DNA from: Azolla caroliniana
Taxonomy: Eukaryota; Plantae; Polypodiophyta
Length of the DNA stretch: 64,000 bases
Assembly: GCA_043228905.1 (NCBI GenBank)
Contig: JBHGNT010000018.1
Span: 4,526,001-4,590,000, forward strand
Direction: 5' to 3'
How positions within the stretch are numbered: position 1 is the stretch's first letter; each line of letters opens with the position of its first letter. Made by a program: the position numbers and the translations under genes. The notes beneath the pieces are model-generated. The model was not told the origin of the DNA, made no database searches, and saw only the letters and a program-made list of their open reading frames with translations. Positions 1-9,270 of this stretch are shown here, piece after piece.

Positions 1-104
1 AGTGGTAAGTCATTTACACTACCAACACTACATCTTGGGTTTGAAATCCAATTTTCTCATCTCTCTATTACTTCATAAATATCTCTAATTTCACTAGATG
101 CCAC

Positions 105-174
105 TGTGGAATGTAGGGGTTGAACCCATGACCACATGGTCTCCATTGGGCAACCTTACAAACTGAGCTACATC
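105..174 (-). other. tRNA-like (Pol III A/B box) degenerate module; a second, partial one lies on + at 1-50
   Basis: Minus strand reads GTAGCTCAGTTTGTAAGG...GGTCATGGGTTCAACCCC; plus 1-50 reads AGTGGTAAG...GGGTTTGAAATCC. No intact cloverleaf. Confidence 0.5.
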
Positions 175-189
175 TCTCTCTTTCTCTCC

Positions 190-220
190 CTTTAGAAGAC
201 GTTAATATATCTTTCTTTCT

Positions 221-222
<2 letters not shown>
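190..222 (+). mobile_element. 33-bp 3' tail fragment of the RTE-X-like LINE family
   Basis: AAGACGTTAATATATCTTTCTTTCTTT is identical to the LINE 3' end near 32493-32519; flanked on both sides by ATCTCTCTCT-type sequence (possible TSD). Confidence 0.7.
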
Positions 223-255
<33 letters not shown>

Positions 256-745
256 AGCTCGTAAATAGAACCATAAAAACAACTCTAGTAAACTCTTCAG
301 ACAAAGACCATGTGATCTCAATCGAGATCCTATGGACTTTAAGAAGCCATGTGATGAAATGCCAATCTAAAAGGAGAATACGACACCTTCCAACTCTCAT
401 ATTTGGATCTCCTGGAGTGATAATATTTCTAAGGTTCATTACCTTTCTCTCTCTGTCAACCACTATTGTCAATGCATATGGCGTCGATTGTGTACAATTC
501 AATTTTCCACTTCAATAAAATTTGGTTTTACCTTTAATGCAATTGATAATGAAATTTTGTCTCAAATGAAATTGAACATCCCATACTTGGTGGATACATT
601 CCCACAAGGTTTTCTTGCAAAGTTTTCATTGGGAATGATCGGGTGATTCCCAACTACATGAGTGCACAAGGGCTAAACAACCAATGCCGTACAAACAAAT
701 AAACAAAGGATAAAGTGAGAGAAATTGGATACTCGGGTAGGCATT

Positions 746-860
746 TGTCAAGAACAGTACTAAGACAGAGAAGGAATTAGTACTAAAAGATGAGGATTAG
801 AACTAAGGGAGGTGTAGAACTCTCGAGAGAAGGAAAGAGTGAGTGAGTGAGTGAGTGAGT

Positions 861-896
<36 letters not shown>

Positions 897-1190
897 TGAT
901 AACAAAAGATATATATTATGTTAAGAGAATATACAATAGTAGCTAGGAGGCTTAAGACTGGCGTTGAACCGATTTGGTTCGAAATAATGCCTTGTGCCTC
1001 CTTTTATAGTGTTCTCAGGAGTACTCTTGAAGTTTCTAGAATGTTCCAGAGAAATTTGGAATATACATCAAATTTCTATAGTAAAACTTAAATGAAAATA
1101 ATATCCTTTGTATTACAACATATAGTATAATGGTCAAAAGCGCGCATGTAACATAAGGTCATGGGGTTCGAGTCTTGCCATATCATGACA
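746..1190 (-). repeat. 3' LTR of the chromovirus
   Basis: TG...CA termini; about 20 differences from 13433-13866 outside the GAGT/GA microsatellite; minus-strand TATAAAA at 1002-1008. Confidence 0.95.
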
Positions 1191-1719
1191 CTATCCCCCC
1201 TTTAAAACGATGAGTGTCACAAGTCGTTTTGGATTGAGGACCCAATTTGTCTGGATATTGACGATGGAAGTCTTCATGAAGAGCACGAGCATTGGTCACA
1301 TTCTCTATTGGTTCCCAAGTATGCTCACTGGGACTATATCCTAGGTAATTGACTAAATAGTAGAGCTTGTTGTGAACAATCTTGGAATCGAGGATGGCGG
1401 CAACCTCATACTCAGGTCCATCTTCAAGTTCGATCGAGGGTGGAGGTTGTTTAATACGACATGGGATGGTGCTGTTTTGATAGGGTTCGAGGAGAGAACT
1501 ATGAAACACCGGATGTATCCGAAATTGTGGAGGTAGATCGAGACGAAAGACGACATCATTAAATTTTCCGATAATACGGAAAGGACCTAATCGCCGATAA
1601 TCCAACTTCTCGCATGGGGGAGTAGTCTTGATGTGTTGTCGTAGTAGCCATACCCAATCTCCAATGTTAAAACTGGATGGAAGCCGATGACGATCCGCGT
1701 AAACCTTGTGTGTTTGTTG
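1183..1719 (-). pseudogene. Chromovirus integrase C-terminus (GPY/F motif) plus chromodomain
   Basis: RLGPFRII...IHPVFHSSLLEPY...EYEVAAILDSK...YYLVNYLGY...TWEP; separated from the integrase core by the copia insertion. Confidence 0.9.
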
Positions 1720-2165
1720 AGCTTTGTAAAGAGTAATGTGCGGAAGCAAGTATGAAGACCGAACAGAAGGAAGAAAACTCAGGTTTAATGGAGAGCTTGA
1801 GCTTACGCAGTATACGCGGGAGAGACAGAGAGAGTGATAGAGAAAAAACACAAGAACTATATTCAAAAAACTCTATTCACCATTCTCTATACATATGTGT
1901 GTTCAATGAACACTTTTATACAAGTCCTAGAAGGACTGACCGAAGTATTGACAATACTTCAATGCTCACTAAGAGCTCCTACACTAACTCCCAAATATAT
2001 TCCTCATGGAATATCTTTCCTAACGGCCTCCCGGTTTACGCACCGATCCGGCCCTACCTACGCACCGATCTGCGTACTGGTTTACGCATTCGGCCTAACC
2101 GATCGGTCCCAACCGATCCGGTCCTCGGCTTCTTCAGTCGATCCGGCCGATGTTGAGCTTGTCTC

Positions 2166-5100
2166 TCAACACTCCCCCTCAAGCTCAACTTGAGGCTCTT
2201 CGGGATCTTCGGGCTCACAACTCCGGTTCCTCCTGGCTTCACGCCTCGCTCGTGCTCCACGACCTGTTCGACTCCGCGCGCTTCGACCCTTCTGGTCGGC
2301 TTGTCTGCTCATGTGGCCCTCATCAACTCTTCTGCTGTTGCGGTGTTGACGCTTCTTCTGCTGCCTTTTCTTCCGCTTGGGCCTCGGTTGATTTAGCGTG
2401 TCTGAATCAAAAATCCGAACCGACTCGGCTACCTCTGATCGGTTTTCTGTCTCGTCCGAGTTGGCTGTCTCCAACTCGTCTTCGGTCTTTTCGCTCTCGG
2501 TGGTGTCATCTTCCCCATGCGTGGTTGGCTTCGGCTCTCTCCTTCGGTTGCTCCCCTTCTGTCCTCTTCCGAACTTTTCCGCGGGTCCGCCCTCAGCTTC
2601 TTCAGCTGATCCGAAGTCGAACTCGACAACCGAGTCAACCGACTCGGTGGTGTCGCGGTCTCCGCTCCTTTCCTGCTGCCTTGCTTGGTCGTTCGGGATT
2701 GTTCTCCCCCTCAAGTTTGGCACTTCGAGGTGACGCAATCCGAGCGCACCTGAGAATTGCCGCAACTTGTCCAGACCAAGAGGCTTGGTGAAGATGTCGG
2801 CAGTCTGCCGATCCGTTGGAACGTACTGAAGTTCGACTTCACCGGAAAGGACACGCTCACAGACAAAATGGTAGTGCACCTCAATGTGCTTGGTCCGTGC
2901 GTGGAAGACGTGGTTCTTCGCGAGTTGGATGCTGTTGAGGTTGTCGCAGTAGATCGTCGTTGGATCGGACACCTCCTCTTGCAGGTCCTTAAGTAGCCGC
3001 TTCAACCATATGGCTTCGCATGTCGCGATAGCCGCTCCTCGGTACTCAGCTTTGGTGCTCGATAGTGCAACTGTCGGTTGCTTCTTACTGCTCCACGCGA
3101 TCGCGGCACTCCTGAGGGAGAACACGTATCCAGACGTGGATCGGCGATCGGCGGCGTTGCCAGCCCAATCAACATCGGTGTAGCCGACTAACTGCACGGC
3201 TGCACCGGTCCGATATAGCAGTCCCCGGTCCTTAGTGCCGTTGACATACCGAAGTATGCATTGCGCACATTGAAGGTGCTCCTCGGTAGGTCGCGCCATG
3301 AACTGACTGATCACTCCGACCGGATAACTGAGGTCGGGTCGGGTGATGGTCAAGTATATGAGGCTTTCGACAATTTGTCGGAACCTCGTCGGGTCGCATA
3401 CCTTTCCCGTATCGGGACGAAGCTTGACGGTTCTGTCCAGAGGAGTCGAGACGGACTTACAGTCGGCCATCCCGAATTTGAAGAGCATACTCAGCACGTA
3501 ATGACGTTGGCTGATCAATATGCCTTCGGGGGTACGGATCACTTCGATCCCGAGGAAGTAATGAAGGTCCCCCAAATCCTTCATGTCGAACGATGCCGCA
3601 AGTTGGAGCTTCACGCGGTCGATTTCACCGAGGTCGGCGCCGGTGATGACCAAGTCATCAACATATAGTAAAATACTAACCGGTCCGAGTCGACCTTTCC
3701 GGATGAACAGGGAAGAGTCCGATTTTGACGTGACGAAGCCCATCCGACGCAGTTGTTGCGTGATCTTCGCGTTCCAGGCACGCGGGGCTTGCTTCAGTCC
3801 GTAAAGGGACTTCTTCAGTCGGCATACTACCGAGGAGTTTGTTCCGGAGTGAAATCCGGGGGGCTGTACCATGTACACTTGTTCCTCAAGGTCACCTTGC
3901 AGGAACGCATTCTTTACATCCATCTGATGTAAGTGCCACCCTTTCGCCGCAGCTACAACGAGCAAAACACGGACGGTCGTCATTTTCGCGACCGACGCAA
4001 ATGTCTCATCGTAGTCGATGCCATGTTTCTACGCGTAGCCCTTTGCCACTAGCCGAGCCTTGTACCGGTTGACCGAGCCATTGGTGTTGTACTTGACCTT
4101 GTACACCCACCTACACCCGATCGGTTTTACCCTTGTTGGTGCGCCAACCAGGTCCCAGGTCTCGTTCTCCGCCAATGCGTGCATCTCTTCCTCCATCGCA
4201 GCACGCCAATTCGCGTCTTTAGCCGCTTCTGCGTAGCTCTCCGGCTCACGCACTTTCGCTACACGGGTCATGTACGCATAATGATGCGCCATGTACTCGT
4301 TGTATCTGAACCGCAAAACAGGGTTCTTCTGGCGGGTAGATCGGCATAATCTAGCATTAGCCGATGTCGAGGCCTTCTCGGTCGACGCAGACTTCACCTT
4401 TAAAGACCCGTCACCGGTTCCCTCGGAGTCGGACTCGCGTCGGTCTGACTCGTTCCTATCTGTGCCGGAATCCGACACCTTCTTCTTCCCTTTCTCTTTG
4501 CGTGTAAGCCGTCTCCTCGGCTTCCTGCGCGGGGAATGCACGACCGAGTCTCCACTACTCGCCGGCTCTTCATCGGACTGGTCGTACCGACTCAGTCGTC
4601 CAATCAGTCCACTCGGTCCACTTAAACGGAGTGAAATCGGACTCTCTTCGCGGGTCTCGATTTCGGGCTCATCCGGAGGCATCTCGGCCTCTCTGACCTC
4701 ATCGTCAGAGCTTGGATTGGAGTCGGGGTTTGGAGTCGGGGGCTGGTACCAGGACGCGGACTCGTCAAACACAACGTCGCGGCTGACACGCGCTTGTTTG
4801 GTGCGAGGGTTATAACACTTATAACCCTTCTGCTCGTTCGAGTAACCGACCAAGATGCATTTCTCAGCCTTTGCGTCCAGCTTCCTCATTTTCTCCTTCG
4901 GTACATGCACATACGCAATGCTACAGAACACCCTCAAGTGTCGCAAGTTCGGCTTCGTTCCGAAATATAGCTCGTGTGCCGACACTTTGTCTCCGATCTG
5001 GTTCTGGATGTATACCGCGGTCCTTACCGCCACGGCCCAATAGAACTTGGGCAAGCTCTTCTCCTCCAGCATTGCCCGTGCCGCTTCCACAATCGACCGA

Positions 5101-5956
5101 TTCTTCCTCTCGGCCATGCCGTTCTGCTTCGGTGTGTATCTACAACTGAATTCGTGCCGAATTCCCATTTGTTGTAGATAACCGTTGAATTGACCAGAAA
5201 AGTACTCTTTCCCGCCATCCGACCGCAGGCACTTGATCTTTCGTCCCGTTTCCGTTTCCACGAACCCTTTGAGGTCCCGGAAATAGTCGAAGACTTCGCT
5301 CTTCCTCTCAATGAGGTAGATCCACGTGTGCCGCGTGTGGTCGTCGATGAAGGAGACGAAATATCGGCTCCCGCCAAGACTAACGTTTTGTGCCGGCCCC
5401 CATACATCGGAGTGTATAAGGTCGAGCTTGTTCCGGCTCCGGTTTCGCTCGTTGGGGAAAGGAAGTCAGTGTTGCTTCCCGAGCTGGCAGGCTTCACAAA
5501 TTTGTGCCTTTCGGCCACTAAATTTGGGCAATCCTAACACTACCTGTTTCGATTGCAAATCTTGAAGCCGCTGGTAGTTGACGTGGCCTATCCGCTTGTG
5601 CCACAAGTTGATGTCCGACTCGGATTTTTGTCCCTTCGCGAACATTGCGGTGCCGCCGTCAGTGGAATCGAGGATGAACATCCTCCGTCTTTGCGCCCTT
5701 GCGCAATCACACAACCGTCCTCCTCAATGAAGCACCCGAGGTGTGTAAACCGAACCTCCATCCCTTGGTCGACGATCTGTCCGACTGAGACCAAGTTCTT
5801 CGTGATTGTCGGAACGTGCAACACGTTCATGAGTTTCCCTTTCTGCCCGACATGGCTAAGGGGAACTTCTCCGACATTCGCGATCGGATGCGGAGTGTCG
5901 TCTCCAATTGCGACTACTCCAGGTTGTATCGGTTTTTCATGGTACGAGAACCACTC
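2166..5956 (-). pseudogene. Copia B pol (protease end, GAG-pre-integrase, integrase, RT, RNase H) with stops and frameshifts
   Basis: LWHKRIGH, LRSDGGKEY, YKARLVAKG, QMDVKNAFL, LYVDDL, RTKHIEVHYHF spread over ORFs 5588-6004, 5466-5714, 4029-5261 and 2166-3983. Confidence 0.93.
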
Positions 5957-5961
5957 CTTAT

Positions 5962-6736
5962 TGACAGGAACCCAACGTTCCTTATGCGCAACGCTCGACC
6001 ACAACCGAGCTTCTTTTCATACACAGAAAACGGGAAATAAAACACGACACAGAGAAGAGAAATGGTACACAGGAGGTTTACGTGGAAAACCCCAAACTAG
6101 GAGAAAAAACCACGGCAGCCCACGGGCTGCAAACTGTCACTATGTATGAATGTACAAAACAGTGAGTACACTGAGGCAACGACCTCGAACTCACGATCTT
6201 CGCCACAGGCGGCGGTTACAACAGAGGCAACGACCTCGTCTCTCTCTCTCTCTCTGTGTACAGTTACGCGCTCTCTCTTCTTCTTGCACCAACAAGGAAG
6301 AATGACAACAACTACAACAACATTATTAGTTTGCCCTAAGTCATATTTATACTAATATGACTTTTCGGCTATTTACAAATATAGCCACAATGGGCTCTCA
6401 GAAACATATTTACGAATATGTCTCTTCCTCCGGTTCATACCGGGCCTGCACCATCCGGCTCTCCGTAGCCGGGTACTCCTCATCCGGTTCATACCAGGCC
6501 TGCATCATCCGGCTCTCCGTAGCCGGGTACTCCTCATCCGGTTCATACCGGGCCTGCACCATCCGGCTCTCCGTAGCCGGGTACTCCTCATCCGGTTCAC
6601 ACCGGGTCTGTATCATCCGGCTCTCTGTAGCCGGGTACTCCTCATCCGGTTCACACTCGGCCTATCGGCCTCGGCCGAGTTTGTTCGTCGGCACTGTTCT
6701 TCTCCCTTCCCATCCGGAGGGACCTGTCTCCCAACA
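5962..6736 (-). mobile_element. Solo LTR (775 bp) related to the LTR of the copia at 51632-56894
   Basis: TG...CA; TSD CTTAT at 5957-5961 and 6737-6741; removing it restores MTSHKEWF in copia B; shares the TGTTGGGA start and GTATAAATATGACTTAGGGCAAAC with the 51632 LTR. Confidence 0.92.
6429..6656. repeat. 54-bp tandem repeat, about 4.2 copies, in the U3 of the solo LTR
   Basis: Unit starts (TCCGGTTCA) at 6429, 6483, 6537, 6591, 6645; up to four CCGG per unit. Confidence 0.95.
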
Positions 6737-6741
6737 CTTAT

Positions 6742-8191
6742 GACTCGTCATGTGGTTTGACGCGCTGAAGTCTACGTACCACACCTCGTCTGATCTCGGG
6801 GTGGTCCGTTTCATTGAGTTTGCTTCGTGTCTCGTCACGAAGACAGACCCTTCTCCGGCTCTCCCGGAGTCTTCGGCGTAGTGCAATCGTTGCCGATTTC
6901 CCTTGTCGGTATGTCCGGAGCCGTTTCCGGAACTAGTTCTCTCCGAATCGGCGTGCTTCTTCCAGTTCTCACTTTCCCTGTGGCCTTTCTTGCCACAGTA
7001 CCAGCACTCCGCGATGGCCTTCCCTTGCCGGTTCTCATCGCTTCGACTCCCCCTGTTTCCGGAGGGTCCGGAGTTGCTGTCGGCATCACTTCGGTGCCTT
7101 CTTCCTTGATCTCGTCGGCCGCCTCCATTGCGCGCCGACTCGCCTCGTCCTCCACGTCCACGGGGCCTATCTCCCTCCGTGTACATCATTTTGTTGTCGG
7201 TGTGCGTGCTTGTAGATGCACCCGCGTGGGTTCTCCTCTACCAGGAGCATTGATTGTAAGTCGAAAAAGGACGACGTATTCTCCCGGGTACACACAGCCG
7301 TTCGGAACGCTCCGAACTTCGACGCCAAACCTCTGAGATATATCTGGACCATCTCGCTCTCCTCGATGTTCACCTCTATGGAGGCGAGGGAGTCGTAGAT
7401 ATCCTTGATCTTCGAGGTATAGTCCGCTGTCGTGAAGGATTTGCTTCACGATATAAAAATAAATTTAAATATTGAATTCAATAATATTTCAAACACTTGA
7501 ACCCACAACCTTATAAACCAAGCACAATGTATATACAACTAGGGTAGGCTATTTGTTTTTAGAAATGTTGTCAAGAATGTGCTTTACTATATAAGAATAA
7601 ACTTAAATCTTGTATTAAGTAAAATCGAGGGACTTGAACCCTCAACCTTGTATATCAAGCACAAACCATACACCACTAAGCTAGGTTATTTGTTTCAGGG
7701 TTATATCCATCATTATACTTATCCCAATACATGGGAGCTCAAATGAGCATGATGGTTATCATGCATCACATGCAATGCATGTGCGCCAAATGGCGATCAT
7801 GCATTAGATGTAACTCATGCATTACATGCATGACATTACCATATGCATGGAAATACTTATAAAAAGAGGGGAAAGGAAAACAAAAGGGAATCAAGAGAGA
7901 GTGAAAAAAAATAATACAATCAATTGAAGAAGACTAGCTCATTGGGTGGAGAACCTCTCGTTTCGAAGTTGAGGTCGAGGGTTCAAATCAAGGGTCGGTA
8001 TTGAAAAGATTCATCTTGCGATCAAGGATTGTAAAGTTGGTAAAATATTATATTTTTAATATACATCATGTTTATATCATATACTCTTGTTCTTTGAATC
8101 ATACTTTGTCTCAATCTTCTTTCTAGAATCATACTTTGTCTCAATCTTCTTTCTTGAATCATACATTGTCTCTATCTTTTATCTATGCTCG

Positions 8192-8223
<32 letters not shown>

Positions 8224-8746
8224 TCACACACACACACACATTACTTGTAACTCTTCATCTTACTATCCTTAACCATTCTATCATCACCATACAAGCCTTA
8301 TTAAACTTAAGTTTCTTCAACTCCCCTTAACCTTAGTCCCCGCGACTTCGCCGCACGAACCACAACTACCCCGACACCGCCACCGACAAGTCGCGTTGTC
8401 GTAGGTTGTTCAACTCCTGTCGGAACTGAAGCTTCCTGGCTGTGGTGCTCGCGGCGAAAATCTTCTTCAGATTTTCCCACGCACCCTTCGGCGTCTTTGC
8501 ATCTCGAACATAGCTCAATAGCTGTTCGCCCACACACGACGCGAAGCAGTATAATACCCTGCTCGCCGATTGCTCCCACGACGGGAAGTCTCTGTGTGTC
8601 GATTTAGGTGCTACGTCATTAGCTCCTTCGACATAACTCCAGTAGCCGTGCCCGAGCAGGTACTGGTGCATCTTGTAGGACCAAGACGCGTAGTTGGTTT
8701 TGTCGAGCTTCTCTGTTGGAAGCGAGCTCGCCATGCCTCTATCCAT
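6742..8746 (-). pseudogene. Copia B gag, zinc knuckle and protease start, split by the 7428-8376 solo LTR
   Basis: KLDKTNYASWSYKM; CWYCGKKGH; WYVDFSASNHMT; the frame DLSVA|DYTSKI is interrupted by the insertion. Confidence 0.9.
7428..8376 (+). mobile_element. Probable solo LTR (949 bp) with a 4-bp TSD, carrying three tRNA-like modules
   Basis: TGTCG...CGACA termini; TSD CCGC at 7424-7427 and 8377-8380; TATAAAAA near 7858; CT/CA microsatellite; no coding capacity. Confidence 0.85.
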
Positions 8747-9270
8747 CGTTCTTCTTGTTCTTCTTCGTCAAGCTGTGTCGGCTGCAGAGAGGTTCTCAAC
8801 CCTCGCGCTCTGATACCATGTAAAGAGTAACGTGCGGAAGCAAGTATGAAGACCGAACAGAAGGAAGAAAACTCAAGTTTAATGGAGAGCTTGAGCTTAC
8901 GCAGTATACGCGGGAGAGACAGAGAGAGTGATAGAGAAAAAACACAAGAACTATATTCAAAAAACTCTATTCACCATTCTCTATACATATGTGTGTTCAA
9001 TGAACACTTTTATACAAGTCCTAGAAGGACTGACCGAAGTACTGACAATACTTCAATGCTCACTAAGAGCTCCTACACTAACTCCCAAATATATTCCTCA
9101 TGGAATATCTTTCCTAACGGCCTCCCGGTTTACGCACCGATCCGGCCCTACCTACGCACCTGTCTACGTACCGGTTTATGCATTCGGCCTAACCGATCGA
9201 TCCCAACCGATCCGGTCCTCGGTTTCTTCAGCCGATCCGGCCGATGTTGAGCTTGTCTCTCAACAAGCTT

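Larger units (their letters stand above)
1725..9265 (-). mobile_element. Ty1/copia LTR retrotransposon (element B) inserted in the chromovirus integrase
   Basis: 447-bp LTRs at 1725-2171 and 8819-9265 (about 11 differences); TSD AGCTT at 1720-1724 and 9266-9270; tRNA-iMet PBS at 8807-8818; PPT at 2172-2183. Confidence 0.97.

Noticed and set aside
1725-1866. Signal-peptide-like N-terminus of ORF 1183-1866
   Set aside because: It is copia LTR sequence fused by insertion to the chromovirus integrase tail.
6357-6743. Repeat proteins (SSSGSYRACTIRLSVAGY / EPDEEYPATESRM)
   Set aside because: Translations of the 54-bp U3 tandem repeat in a solo LTR.
7492-7994. Functional tRNA genes
   Set aside because: Acceptor stems do not pair and loops are non-canonical; kept only as tRNA-like modules.
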